This document shows positions 7,138 through 17,424 of a stretch of 22,667 nucleotides of DNA, one piece after another (within the stretch, counting starts at the first letter, position 1; the number at the start of each line of letters is the position of its first letter). The notes below the pieces were generated by a model, which was given only the letters and a program-made list of their open reading frames with translations, had not been told where the DNA came from and did no database searches. The stretch is from Chlamydiia bacterium (lineage in GTDB: Bacteria > Chlamydiota > Chlamydiia > Chlamydiales > JAAKFQ01). The translations under genes were made by a program, and so were the position numbers. Location of the stretch: assembly GCA_041688145.1 (NCBI GenBank), contig JBDNIV010000007.1:1-22667 (forward strand), given 5' to 3'.

Positions 7138-7192
7138 TTTCTGACTGGAGCCTTAAGCTTGAGGGGCGTATGCTGCAAATAAAAAGCTCCAT

Positions 7193-10100
7193 ATGCACGC
7201 AGTTATATCGAACAGTATCGAATCTCTTTTTGACAGTCTTTTAGAGCGCTTAAAAAAAAGTCGCCCTTTAAAGCCTCTTATTGTTTTTGCCTCAGCGAAG
7301 CTAGCTAAACATTTTAACCACTTCGCGGCTTTAAAAGATCACTCTCAATCTATATCAGCTTTATTCTTAGATAGTTTCTTAGAAGAAATTACTCCTCTTA
7401 TGTTTGGAGCCACATCGCCAAGGCTGACTCATATAGAGCGCGCTTTTAGGCTTGAAGCTCTTATAGAAGAGAGCTCCTTTGTAAAGGGAGATGAAAAGCT
7501 TGAAAGTGCGCTAAAAGAGCTTAAGAGCTCTTTACATATGGGCAGCTATAAAAGCAGATGCTTTGTTTTTTGTGATAAGCTATCAAAGCTTTTTGGAGAT
7601 TATGAGCTTCATGGTGGTGCAGGGTTTTTAGACAAGAGCGATAGACCTTTTTTAAGTCATAGTTCTGTAGCAGAAGAGCCACATCAAATGCTGCAAAGAG
7701 CTCTTTATAACGCTTTATATGAGGGGCCTTTTTCTCAAATACAAGATCTTTTAGCTATTAAACCAAAAAGTCTTTATGCCCATATTGCTTTTGTAGGTTT
7801 TTCTGTTTTGCCAAAATCCGTATTTCAATTGCTTTCTCATATAGATGCCTCAGCGCTTGTAGAGGTCTATAGTCTGATGCCTTCTAGTCATTATTTTGGG
7901 GATCTTTCTGTATATGAAAATGAAGACCACGCGCTCATAGGCGCTCTTGGCAAGCAAAAGCGCGCTCTGCAAAGGCAGTTAGAAGACAGTAACGCTTGCC
8001 ATAAAGCGTATATGCAGGACGAGACTATGTCCCCTACTCTTTTAGAAAGTATAAAAGCTGATATGGCTCTTATGCATACGGGCGTAAAAACATTAGAAGA
8101 GAACGTGTGCTTAAGTGTTCAATTTAAAGAGTACACGAGCATTCGCTTAGAATTAGAAGGCTTAGCTTTTCATCTAGCAATGTTGGCAGATAAAGGGTTA
8201 TTAGAAAATAAATCGGCTCATGTTTTTGTGCCAGATCTTGAACGCTATCTTCCAACTATACGCGAAGTCTTTGAGCGGACAACTGCTCAAATCCCCTACC
8301 GTATTGCAGGGCAGAGCGTATGGGATAAAAATCCTTTAGCACACTCTTTTTTCTCTATCTTAGAAAAGGGGCAAAGCGCTTGGGACGCTCGAGAAGTGCA
8401 AAAACTTGTAGAAGATCCTTACTTTTTACAAGGGCTTTTAAAAAAAGATGAGAGAAAAGCTTTTTCTGAATTTGTGCATGAAAGCTCATTTTCTTGGGGA
8501 TACAATAATGCGCATCAAAAAAGTTATTTAGAAAATGAAGGGCTTGGGCAATTTTGCGAAAATGAGATTTCTAAAAAAGAAAAACGTTCATCTCTTGTCT
8601 ATGCAATAGATAGATGGCTAGACAACAATTTTTTAGAGGTAGCAAATCTTATTGATAAAGAGCCTCTCGCAAAAGTCTTAAACGCACTAGGTGAGCTTTT
8701 TGAAGACTTAGTTCCTATTCGAAAAGGGACTTTGTTGTCACCTGCAGAGATCTCTGAATATTTAATAGGACTTTTAAAAAAATATTGCGCTCCTAACTTT
8801 AATGATGATCAGGCGCAAGCTCATTTTGAAGATTGCCTAGAAGCATGTGAAAGCTTAGATAAGCTCTTAATAGCAAAAGAAAACCCAAATGCAATTCTTA
8901 TTTCATCAGCTTTGCATCACTTAAAAACAAGATTTTCAAAACCAAGTAGTCCTATAAGTGGCTTTAGCGGTGTTATCTTTTCTCCTTTTGTTCGAGCGCA
9001 TTTAAGCTCAGCTGATTTTGTAGGTATTTTAGGTTTTGATGATAGCGGATCTTATGCAGATTTGAGCTCTAAATTTACGTCTCTTTTTGGCACCTGTTTA
9101 GTGGAGGTGCCAAGCGCTTTAGATGAAGCAAAAACACTTTTCTTAGATACACTTTTATGTGCAGAAAAAGCTTTTTTTATAAGTTTCTCTAACCTTTCTT
9201 TATCAGGAGAAAAAGCGCATTTAAATAGTTTAGGGCGCATTTTTCATACCTATATCCAAGAAAAATTTTGCTCAAAAAAAGGCGGCTCTCTTGCTGGTTT
9301 ATATACTGTGGAACCTGAAGATGAATGTGCGTTTGGAAAGAGCCAGTCGATAGATGCGCTTTTTTATGGGCCTAAAGCCTCTTTCTTAAAGAGCTGGAAA
9401 GAGCCTATAGCGACTGAAGAAAATGATAAAAAATCGGAGTTAAAAGAGTTTACTCTTTATGAGATTAGCTTAGCTTTGACAAATCCTTTAGAGTGGTTTT
9501 TTCAGACAAACTTTAGAACAAGTTTTACAGATAGCCAAAAGGTTTTGGAAGATACAGGCTCAGATCTTTTCTTAAAGAGCCACGATCGCTTAGGCCTTAT
9601 CTACGGATCTGAAAATCTTACAAGCGCTAAGGCTCTGTTACAAGACATAGGGCCTGAAGGGATTTTTGGAGAAGCGAGCTACCTTGATCTTAAAGAATCT
9701 TTAGAAAATAAAGAGCATCTTTTAAAAAGCATGGGGATAGAAAAGCTTTTTTTTGTGGAACTTTGTTCACAAAGAAAAACCCTTTGCAAAGGCATGCGCA
9801 AAGAAAACGTAGGGGTTTTTGCTCCCTTGATTCAAGTTGAAAATTACCTAGTTCGAGGAACAATTCAAAGCGCTTTTGATAAGGGAATAGTTTCGTATGC
9901 AAAAGACCCTCTAAAAGCGCGCTTTTCTAAAGCGCCTTATGCTTTAGCATTAAAGGAACTTGGAATGCCAAGCGCTTGTTTCCATATCCAAAGTGGGGAG
10001 CAAATAGCCTTTAAAGGCTGTTTAAAAACTTTGGTTGAATATGCAGAGTTTGCTAGTAAAAACCCTTCGGTTATCTACCCTGATACGTTAGAGCCTTTAT

Positions 10101-10276
10101 TACATAAAGATGCAGGCGCTTTGAAAAAGCGTTTAGAAGAAAAAGCGTTTGGTTTTATGCCAGAGCCTCATATGCAGGCACTATTTTCTAAAGAAGAGGC
10201 TATTGATTACACCTTACTTATAGAAACTTTTTATCCTTGGGCGAAAAAACTGCAGGAGGTCTTTGATGGAGAGTAG
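7193..10276 (+). CDS. recC: Exodeoxyribonuclease V gamma subunit RecC
   Basis: RecC-like blocks: N-terminal SNSIESL, PSSHYFGDL, ALIGALGKQKR, TLLESIKADM, VFVPDLERYLPTIREVF, IPYRIA, LTNPLEWFFQ. 1027 aa, directly upstream of recB. Confidence 0.88.
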   Translation: MHAVISNSIESLFDSLLERLKKSRPLKPLIVFASAKLAKHFNHFAALKDHSQSISALFLDSFLEEITPLMFGATSPRLTHIERAFRLEALIEESSFVKGDEKLESALKELKSSLHMGSYKSRCFVFCDKLSKLFGDYELHGGAGFLDKSDRPFLSHSSVAEEPHQMLQRALYNALYEGPFSQIQDLLAIKPKSLYAHIAFVGFSVLPKSVFQLLSHIDASALVEVYSLMPSSHYFGDLSVYENEDHALIGALGKQKRALQRQLEDSNACHKAYMQDETMSPTLLESIKADMALMHTGVKTLEENVCLSVQFKEYTSIRLELEGLAFHLAMLADKGLLENKSAHVFVPDLERYLPTIREVFERTTAQIPYRIAGQSVWDKNPLAHSFFSILEKGQSAWDAREVQKLVEDPYFLQGLLKKDERKAFSEFVHESSFSWGYNNAHQKSYLENEGLGQFCENEISKKEKRSSLVYAIDRWLDNNFLEVANLIDKEPLAKVLNALGELFEDLVPIRKGTLLSPAEISEYLIGLLKKYCAPNFNDDQAQAHFEDCLEACESLDKLLIAKENPNAILISSALHHLKTRFSKPSSPISGFSGVIFSPFVRAHLSSADFVGILGFDDSGSYADLSSKFTSLFGTCLVEVPSALDEAKTLFLDTLLCAEKAFFISFSNLSLSGEKAHLNSLGRIFHTYIQEKFCSKKGGSLAGLYTVEPEDECAFGKSQSIDALFYGPKASFLKSWKEPIATEENDKKSELKEFTLYEISLALTNPLEWFFQTNFRTSFTDSQKVLEDTGSDLFLKSHDRLGLIYGSENLTSAKALLQDIGPEGIFGEASYLDLKESLENKEHLLKSMGIEKLFFVELCSQRKTLCKGMRKENVGVFAPLIQVENYLVRGTIQSAFDKGIVSYAKDPLKARFSKAPYALALKELGMPSACFHIQSGEQIAFKGCLKTLVEYAEFASKNPSVIYPDTLEPLLHKDAGALKKRLEEKAFGFMPEPHMQALFSKEEAIDYTLLIETFYPWAKKLQEVFDGE

Positions 10277-13200
10277 AGATTTTTCTATTCTAGATCCTGA
10301 TCTTGAATTAGAGAAACGCATTTTTCTTGAAGCTTCTGCAGGCACGGGAAAAACGTTTGCTATTGAGCATTTTGCGCTCAGATTAATATTAGAAAAAGGC
10401 ATGAGCGTTGATGAGATCCTTATTGTTACTTTTACTAAAAAAGCAACAAGTGAGTTAAGAGCGCGCCTTTTTTCTCTTATAGAAAGAGCATATGCTGCAC
10501 TCACATCTGAAGAAACATTTAAAAAAAGCCTTGAAGAACTGCCTTATTTGAAAAAACTCAAAGATATAAAAAAAGCGCGTGATCATCTGTATAGAAATCG
10601 CCTTATTTTTGAAAATGCTTCGATTAGCACACTTCACGCTTTTGGTTTGAAAGCTTTGGAGAAGGTAGATTTTGATGTTTGTCTAAAACAAGAGATTGAG
10701 AGTCCAAAAGCCTTTATTAAGAGCTTTTTGAGTGGGCGTGCTCAAGGCGCTAGCTACAATCCTTATCTGCTAAAAAAGCTTATGCGTAGCTATGGTAGTA
10801 GCGCCTGTTTTATAGATGCGCTTACCCTTATGCTCTCTAGAAGTGCACACTTTGCAAAAATGCTTCCCTTTTCTGAAGTAAAAGAGCGTTTAAAAAAAGA
10901 GCTAGAGGTTTTGAGCCCGCCGCAAACTTTTGAGGCGCTCATAAAAGATCTTCAGGCTCTTGGGGCTGAATATAAAGGCATTTTAGACCGGAGTAAAAAA
11001 CTTAAACCAAACCTCGTAGAAATTGTTGATGCCCTAAGCGCTTCATTCATATCCAATGTGTGGGATGATGAGGCACTGAGTCTTTTTTGTGAAAAGGCTG
11101 AGCCCCTTGTCAAGCTCTTAAGCAGTAGTGGCAAAAAGAAAAAAGAACCCTCAGGAGCCGGCCCTTTAAACTATTTTAAAGCGTTAAAAAATGCTACCAA
11201 GGGTTTAGAGCTTTACCTATTTGACCCAGAGGTTCTTCTAGTACAGCTTGCTTATGATTTAAGGCTTGTATGCGCAGAAAACAAAGAGGCGCGAGCTGTT
11301 TTTAGTCCGGATGATATTTTGTATGCTCTTCAAGCTAAGCTCGCAAGTCCTATTGAAGGAAAAGCGTGTACTGCAAAGATAATAGAGCCTTATAAAGCCG
11401 TTATTATAGATGAGTTTCAAGATACCGACCCCGTTCAGTGGGATCTTTTTTCACGGCTATTTTTTAAATCAAAAGAGCAAGATCTTTATGGGATGCTTGT
11501 AGGTGATCCTAAGCAGTCGATTTATGGCTTTAGAAAAGCTGATATTTATACATTTTTTGAAGCTAAAAAAATATTTGGATCGAAAGCAGCTTATTACCTG
11601 ACAACGAATTACCGCAGTGACTCTAACCTTACCCAAAGCTTGAATAAGCTTTTTGCTTTGAGAAAAGATGGTACTTTTTTGCACCTGCCTAAAACAGGTG
11701 AACGTATTGTTTTTGTACCTTCACAGTCGCCAAAAAAACATCCAAATGAAGATGGGCACGCTGCTATAGAAGGCCCTTTAGAATGCTTTTTGGCCTCTAT
11801 CAAAGGCGTTCCCAATTTAAGCGCTCAAGAGGAGCTTATCTTTCCTTGGATAGCTTCTCGTATGCTTGCTCTTAGAAAAGAGGGTATCTCTTTTTGTGAT
11901 ATGGCATTACTTGCAAAAGACCGTTTTCAAATAGAGGCAATTGAAGCTTACCTAAACCGGCTTGATATCCCTACAAAAGTAGAGGGAGACTATAGCGTTT
12001 CTAAAGACAAAGTGTGGCTTATGCTCAAAGCATTTGCTGAAGCACTCCTCTTTCCTCATGACAGAGCTCGCTTAGCCTTAGCACTTAGTCTTTTTGGATT
12101 TGAGGCGAGGCTTTTATTAAACGAGGATTTTCTAAAGGAAAAAGCGCAAGTTTTCCAAAGCCTTTTGTCAGTAGTACACAAGTATGGCTTTCTTACAGCG
12201 GCAAGTGATTGGCTCAAAATTTATCCTATCCAAGAAGCGAGCGCTTTTTATGAGCTTGCAGACCTTTTAGAGCAAAAGCGCTTAGAAAAAAGGCTTTTAT
12301 TTAGCTCTTTGTGGAATATACAAGAGCTGTTTGAGGCTTTTGAGGAATTGCTTATTTCTAAAGAGCGCACATCAAAAAAAGGTGTGCGGCTTACGACCAT
12401 CCACAAGAGTAAAGGATTGGAGTATGGGTATGTATTTGCTCTTGGTCTTGTTCAGCGAGCAAAAGGTCTTGGGAAGGTGATGAGTTCTCAAGGCGTTATT
12501 ACCCCTTCTATATGTGTATCAGAAGAAGAGAGAGAAATGGAGATTCATGAGCTTGATGCAGAGAAGCTGCGTGCGTTTTATGTGGCTTTAACAAGAGCAA
12601 AACATAGAGCATACTTACCTGTTTTATTATCAGAAAAAGAACCTGCCTTCGGTACAGCATCATGCAATGAAGTTTTTTTTAATGAAGCATTTTCCCTTGA
12701 TAAAGAAGTGGCCTCTTTATCTAAAGACTCTCTAGAAAATTATGTAATAAAGCGTTTGCAAAAAGTTGGAGCTAAAGTCACCTTGGCTAGCAAAGACTCT
12801 TTTTTTGAAAATGATTTAAACTCATCTCAGTCTTTTTCTGAATTAGATAGAGCAAATGTTTCAGCTGAGCTTATAAGCAAGCGTGCTAATTCTTTAGAAA
12901 ATGCGTCAAAGAGACTTGAGAGCTGCTTTTCTAAAAATATACAGACACTGTCTTACTCTTCGATCACAGGATCTGCATCCTTAGAAGAAAAGATAAAAAT
13001 ACGCCCATCAGAATCTGAAGTGCCTGCGGGGCCAAAAGTTGGTATTTGGATACATGAAGTTTTAAGGGTTTTATTGGAGTCGGGAGCATATCAAAATCTA
13101 AATGAAAATACCTTTGAGCGAGCTTGCGCTCGATTTGTTCCGAGCATATTTTTTGAAAAATATAAAGCGCTGCTTTTTGAATGGGTTAAAAATGCTTTAG

Positions 13201-13619
13201 AAAACCCTTTACCTGAAATAGGCCCTTTAAAAGACATTGAATGGAAAGACCTTCTAATTGAGCAGCCTTTTATGTGGCGCATATCAAACGAATCTTCAGA
13301 CGAGATCTTCATCAAAGGGATCATCGATTTAGTCGTACATGTAGATGGTAAGCTCTACATAATAGATTGGAAGAGTAATTACTTAGAAGATTATAGCCAA
13401 AGTGAGCTTGAAAAAGCGATGCATCATCACGGTTACTTTATTCAAGCAAGCCTTTATAGAGCAGCATTAGAAAAAATGGTGTGGCCCTGGGAACAGGCTC
13501 ATTTTGCGCAAGCGCACTACGTCTTTTTGAGAGGAGGCTCTTTTTCTTTTGAGCCGCGCGCTTTTAGCATGGATAAACTTCTATTTAAGACAGAGGAGGC
13601 TGCATGTCACCCTCTTTAA
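10266..13619 (+). CDS. recB: Exodeoxyribonuclease V beta subunit RecB (SF1A helicase plus nuclease)
   Basis: EASAGTGKT, VTFTKKA, IIDEFQDT, VGDPKQSIYGFR, NYRS, TIHKSKGLEY, YVALTRAK, and nuclease motifs GIIDL..IIDWKS..Q..LY. AGGAGG at 10254-10259 supports ATG10266. Overlaps the recC stop. Confidence 0.96.
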   Translation: MESRDFSILDPDLELEKRIFLEASAGTGKTFAIEHFALRLILEKGMSVDEILIVTFTKKATSELRARLFSLIERAYAALTSEETFKKSLEELPYLKKLKDIKKARDHLYRNRLIFENASISTLHAFGLKALEKVDFDVCLKQEIESPKAFIKSFLSGRAQGASYNPYLLKKLMRSYGSSACFIDALTLMLSRSAHFAKMLPFSEVKERLKKELEVLSPPQTFEALIKDLQALGAEYKGILDRSKKLKPNLVEIVDALSASFISNVWDDEALSLFCEKAEPLVKLLSSSGKKKKEPSGAGPLNYFKALKNATKGLELYLFDPEVLLVQLAYDLRLVCAENKEARAVFSPDDILYALQAKLASPIEGKACTAKIIEPYKAVIIDEFQDTDPVQWDLFSRLFFKSKEQDLYGMLVGDPKQSIYGFRKADIYTFFEAKKIFGSKAAYYLTTNYRSDSNLTQSLNKLFALRKDGTFLHLPKTGERIVFVPSQSPKKHPNEDGHAAIEGPLECFLASIKGVPNLSAQEELIFPWIASRMLALRKEGISFCDMALLAKDRFQIEAIEAYLNRLDIPTKVEGDYSVSKDKVWLMLKAFAEALLFPHDRARLALALSLFGFEARLLLNEDFLKEKAQVFQSLLSVVHKYGFLTAASDWLKIYPIQEASAFYELADLLEQKRLEKRLLFSSLWNIQELFEAFEELLISKERTSKKGVRLTTIHKSKGLEYGYVFALGLVQRAKGLGKVMSSQGVITPSICVSEEEREMEIHELDAEKLRAFYVALTRAKHRAYLPVLLSEKEPAFGTASCNEVFFNEAFSLDKEVASLSKDSLENYVIKRLQKVGAKVTLASKDSFFENDLNSSQSFSELDRANVSAELISKRANSLENASKRLESCFSKNIQTLSYSSITGSASLEEKIKIRPSESEVPAGPKVGIWIHEVLRVLLESGAYQNLNENTFERACARFVPSIFFEKYKALLFEWVKNALENPLPEIGPLKDIEWKDLLIEQPFMWRISNESSDEIFIKGIIDLVVHVDGKLYIIDWKSNYLEDYSQSELEKAMHHHGYFIQASLYRAALEKMVWPWEQAHFAQAHYVFLRGGSFSFEPRAFSMDKLLFKTEEAACHPL

Positions 13620-15301
13620 AAGCGAAGACAATGATTCCTTTAGATAAGACAGGGCTTACTTTTGATAAGCGTTTAAAAATAGGGCCTTTAGAGACCCTTT
13701 TAGCAGTTAGGCTTGCTGAGCGGCTAGAAGATGCTGATCCTTGCTTAGTATTTTTCTTGAAATATTTATTTGCCGCTCTTCGCCTCGGGCATTTAGGCGT
13801 ACGTTTAGAGTCTCTTTTACCTCCGCTGCAAAGTGTGTGGAAAAATGCGGTAGAACTTTCAGAAGAAGATATGCAATGCGTTTATGCTCTTTTGGAAAAA
13901 GGATCTCTGAAGGCAAAGGCTTACCAAGAGCTTCTTGGCCTTGAATTTATTGATGGAGTTCTCACAACACATGCATGTAAAGATTTAGAAAAAGAGCTAG
14001 CTCGTCTTATCCATCAGCTCCTTGCAGCTCCAAATATTAAATTTCAAGATTATGACCCGGCGCAAAAAGCCTGTTTAGAGACTTCTTTACACGAGGAGCA
14101 GCTCTTGGCAATCAAAGCCTCACTTAAGACGTCTTTTTTCATTTTGACAGGCGGCCCAGGCACAGGAAAGACGCACACCGTTTTAAATCTTATTAAAGCG
14201 CATAGCCCTAAGAAGCGTTGTTTTATGCTAGCGCCAACAGGAAAAGCTGTAATGCAGATGAAAGAGCGGCTTTTAAAAAATGCCTTTTCATATGAAAATC
14301 TAAAAAATGCAGCTGAAATAGAACTAGAAGTCTTGACCCTTCATAAAGCGCTAGGTATTACTTCAGATAAAAAAGAGCCTATTCCTTTAGAGGCCGATCT
14401 TGTTATTGTAGATGAAGCCTCTATGGTCGATGCAGCTACTATGAAAGCGCTTTTCACAGCTCTTTCTAATAAGACCAAGCTCATACTTATTGGTGATCCT
14501 AATCAATTGCCTTCTGTTGAAAGTGGGAGTATTTTTTCTGACTTAGTCTCTGTTGTTAGAAAAAAAGAGCCTGAAAAAATAGCCCATCTAGAGCAGTGTC
14601 ATAGAGTTGAGAGCTTAGAGCTGCTAGAGTTTGCAAAAGCCGTGGCTTTAGGAGATGTTACAGCTATTGAGAAGGTGTTTAGTAAAGAGGAAGAAAAAGA
14701 GGGCTCTAAAGCAGCTCTGGAAGTATTAGAGGGTTTAGATCCCGCTCTATTTTCTTTAAGGTTTTTTGATCGAGATTTTAAAAATTCTGAAGAGGCCTAT
14801 ACCGCGTTTAAGGCATTTAGAATGTTGTGCCCCCTTCGGAAAGGCAAAGGCTCAGATTTCATTAACCAAGAGATTTTTTCTCATTTAAGAAAAATGAAAA
14901 AGGCTTTTTATATTCCTATCATTATCACCCGTTCAAAAGGCTCTTTTATAAATGGCCAGATGGGAGCGCTTTATTTAGAGAAAGACAGATCGCTAGATGA
15001 GAGCTGCGCTTATTTTGAAGATGCTTTAGGCGCGCTCCAAGAGTATAGAGCCTATGATTTGCCCGCTTATGATTTGGCTTTTTGTCTGTCGGTGCATAAG
15101 AGCCAAGGCAGTGAGTTTGATGAGGTCTTACTTTTTATGCCTAAAGGCTCTGAAGCTTTTGGTGTAAAAGCACTTTACACAGCAGCTACGCGTGCGAAGA
15201 AAAAGCTTTTTCTCTCAGGAGAAAAAAAGATCTATATAGAGGCAGCAGGAAGAAAAGGAGAAAGAGTGAGTCTACTTTCACAATTTTTAGAGCTTGAATA
15301 A
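13604..15301 (+). CDS. recD: Exodeoxyribonuclease V alpha subunit RecD (SF1B helicase)
   Basis: LTGGPGTGKT, LAPTGKA, TLHKALG, VDEASMVD, IGDPNQLPSVESG, SVHKSQGSEFDEV, YTAATRAKK. GAGGAGG at 13593-13599. Overlaps the recB end. Confidence 0.95.
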   Translation: MSPSLKAKTMIPLDKTGLTFDKRLKIGPLETLLAVRLAERLEDADPCLVFFLKYLFAALRLGHLGVRLESLLPPLQSVWKNAVELSEEDMQCVYALLEKGSLKAKAYQELLGLEFIDGVLTTHACKDLEKELARLIHQLLAAPNIKFQDYDPAQKACLETSLHEEQLLAIKASLKTSFFILTGGPGTGKTHTVLNLIKAHSPKKRCFMLAPTGKAVMQMKERLLKNAFSYENLKNAAEIELEVLTLHKALGITSDKKEPIPLEADLVIVDEASMVDAATMKALFTALSNKTKLILIGDPNQLPSVESGSIFSDLVSVVRKKEPEKIAHLEQCHRVESLELLEFAKAVALGDVTAIEKVFSKEEEKEGSKAALEVLEGLDPALFSLRFFDRDFKNSEEAYTAFKAFRMLCPLRKGKGSDFINQEIFSHLRKMKKAFYIPIIITRSKGSFINGQMGALYLEKDRSLDESCAYFEDALGALQEYRAYDLPAYDLAFCLSVHKSQGSEFDEVLLFMPKGSEAFGVKALYTAATRAKKKLFLSGEKKIYIEAAGRKGERVSLLSQFLELE

Positions 15302-15305
15302 AGTG

Positions 15306-16244
15306 CTATTGCACTTCCAAGTCTTCTGCAATGTCTAGTGGAGGCAAAATAAAGACAAAAGGCAGGTCTAGAGGGGTATAAAGAGGCTCTGCCCATAAGC
15401 TGTAAGTAAGTTCAGCTGGTTTATGAGCCAAAATTTCGACTACTTTTGCAACTAAAAGCCCTTTTGGAAAAACGCCATCTAAACCCGATGTAATGAGGCG
15501 ATCGCCTCCCTTTAGGGGGAAGTCTTTATGAAATCCCGATACTTTAAATAGGTTTTTTCCTTGAAATCTGTGGATGCCTTCAAGGTACCCTTTAGCTAAA
15601 AATTGAGTAGGTCCTGAGGGAGCTAATTGCTGTGTGAGCACAGAAAAAGCGCGTTTAGCACTATCAGTTTGCAAACGCTCATCTTGGGCCAGCGCTTTTA
15701 ACGTATCTGTTATCCATGAAGAAGTAGCAGATCCTCTAATAGCGCAGACGCTTGGCTGCAGCTTGGGATCTGATATGAGGCGCACTCGAGCGGTTCTTGC
15801 GCCTACATACTCAACAACTCCTATTGCATGGGGGCCAAAGCAGACAGGGCTATTTTTACCAATAGCTGGGCAATTTTTTCTTCCTAGATCAATCCAAAAG
15901 GTGTAGTCATAAGTGCTTTTATTTTTTAGAACAATGCGGCCACAAAAAATCTCTTTTTGAGGTCTAAAAAGAGAAGACTCACTTTCAGGGCTAATATTGA
16001 GGATGCGGTTTTTTTCTTGGGTCAGGTGTTTTAAAGTCGAGATCTGGTTTTTTAAAAGTATATTTTCAAGCTCCAGTTGGCTTAGTCTATAGTCTTTAGG
16101 AAGAGGCTTTTTAAAAGGAGATATTAAGGCAGAGGTAAATAATGAAGCCTGCTCACGCAAGGGAGCTTCATAAGTCACAAGTAGGTAGACAAATGTAAAA
16201 ATCCCGATTAAAAAAGGCATTCGGTATTTTTTCTTTTTACCCAC
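15306..16244 (-). CDS. mreC: Rod shape-determining protein MreC-like
   Basis: N-terminal TM helix, coiled coil (LELENILLKNQI), WIDLGR...IGKNSPV....AIGVVEYVG...ARVRLISDP, and GDRLITSGLDGVFPKGLLVAKV (MreC signature). The GTG start overlaps the aminotransferase stop. Confidence 0.85.
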   Translation of the reverse strand: MGKKKKYRMPFLIGIFTFVYLLVTYEAPLREQASLFTSALISPFKKPLPKDYRLSQLELENILLKNQISTLKHLTQEKNRILNISPESESSLFRPQKEIFCGRIVLKNKSTYDYTFWIDLGRKNCPAIGKNSPVCFGPHAIGVVEYVGARTARVRLISDPKLQPSVCAIRGSATSSWITDTLKALAQDERLQTDSAKRAFSVLTQQLAPSGPTQFLAKGYLEGIHRFQGKNLFKVSGFHKDFPLKGGDRLITSGLDGVFPKGLLVAKVVEILAHKPAELTYSLWAEPLYTPLDLPFVFILPPLDIAEDLEVQ

Positions 16245-17424
16245 AGCGGACCTCTACAAAAGCATGAGCTATTTTCTCTAGATTGGATGTGCAAAGACCA
16301 GCCATATTGACCCGGCCTGATTTAGGCATATAGATCGCAAACTCTTTTTCTAAGCGTAGAACCTCTTGGGGAGTAATTCCCATAAAACCAAAAAAGCCTT
16401 TTTGCTCGGTGATATCGGGCCAGCTACTTTCTGGCAGGCCTTTTTGCGAAGAGCAAGTAAGCAGCATTTGGTAAAAACTTTTGCGCATAGAATGAATGCG
16501 CTCTCGCATCTGTATGAGCTCTTTTTCCCATGAAGCTTTTAGCGCTTTGTCTTGTAAAATAATAGCTACGATCTCTTCTCCAAAGCGAGCTGGGTTCGAG
16601 TATGTTGTACGCGCCTTATTTTGAATATGAGACGAGAGAGCTTTTTCAGAGTTTGTGCGCACACATAAAGCTCCTGCCCTTTCTCCATAGAGCCCAAAGT
16701 TTTTAGAGCATGAGTAACAAACGGCGATATCAAGGTCGTGGCTCATAAAGATATTTAGCGCTTTTCGGTCTTCTTCAAGGCCTTCTCCAAAGCCATGGTA
16801 GGCCATATCTAGAATAACAAAGTGCCCGTGGTTTTTTAAAGCGGCTGCTATCTTTTCCCATGCATCTTTAGTGGGATCGCATCCACTTGGATTGTGGCAT
16901 GTGGCATGAAAAAGAAAGGCTGATCCTTTCTTGGCTTTTTTAATAGCGGCAAGTATGCCTTCAAGATCGATCTCAGTTGCTGTTTTAAGATAAGTGTAGA
17001 CTTGAACATTTAGGCCCGTCTCAGAGAAAATCCCATTATGGTTAGGCCATGAAGGATCAGGAATGTAGAGCCTCTTTACGGCTGAATTTTTTAAAAGCTG
17101 TCCTATGAGGTTAAGAGCTCCTGTGCCTCCAAGAGCGCCAGCTGTATAAAAATGCTTATGATTTTCGCCTAGGGCAAGCTTGCCAACCTCTTCTCGAAAG
17201 CTCGGTAGTCCATCAATGGGCAAGTATTCTTTATTAGAGGTATCTTGAAGAAGGCGCTTTCGAGCTTCCAAGACGCTCGGGAGTGTATAGGGCTTAAGCT
17301 CTTCTGTACGATAAGCGCCAATAGATAGATTGATTTTTTCTTTTCTAGAATCTTTTGCAAAAGCAGCATTTACCCCAAAAATAGGGTCTTGTGGAAGTTG
17401 TAAGAGATCATCAAATAGGTGCAT
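16237..17424 (-). CDS. aspC: Aspartate/aromatic amino acid aminotransferase (AspC/TyrB, PLP fold type I)
   Basis: DPIFG, KINLSIGAYR, YLPIDG, LGGTGAL, PSWPNH, CHNPSGCDP, DMAYHGF, SCSKNFGLYGERAG (PLP lysine), YSNP, SGRVN. aspC versus tyrB cannot be resolved from motifs. Confidence 0.95.
   Translation of the reverse strand: MHLFDDLLQLPQDPIFGVNAAFAKDSRKEKINLSIGAYRTEELKPYTLPSVLEARKRLLQDTSNKEYLPIDGLPSFREEVGKLALGENHKHFYTAGALGGTGALNLIGQLLKNSAVKRLYIPDPSWPNHNGIFSETGLNVQVYTYLKTATEIDLEGILAAIKKAKKGSAFLFHATCHNPSGCDPTKDAWEKIAAALKNHGHFVILDMAYHGFGEGLEEDRKALNIFMSHDLDIAVCYSCSKNFGLYGERAGALCVRTNSEKALSSHIQNKARTTYSNPARFGEEIVAIILQDKALKASWEKELIQMRERIHSMRKSFYQMLLTCSSQKGLPESSWPDITEQKGFFGFMGITPQEVLRLEKEFAIYMPKSGRVNMAGLCTSNLEKIAHAFVEVRCG

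Noticed and set aside
7077..7178. N-terminal extension of the MFS ORF from TTG7178
   Set aside because: It covers the divergent promoter region, and family similarity starts after Met at 7076.
842..7501. Frequent AAGCTT/GAGCTC/AGCGCT palindromes (e.g. AAGCTT at 842, 1706, 1793, 3221, 5462, 7496)
   Set aside because: Plausibly a codon-pair effect (AAG/GAG followed by CTT/CTC, and GCT). Not regularly spaced and not testable without a Markov-model count.
7193..15301. Helicase/nuclease cluster as a novel defence system
   Set aside because: Motifs, sizes and order match ordinary RecBCD, with no accessory defence genes.
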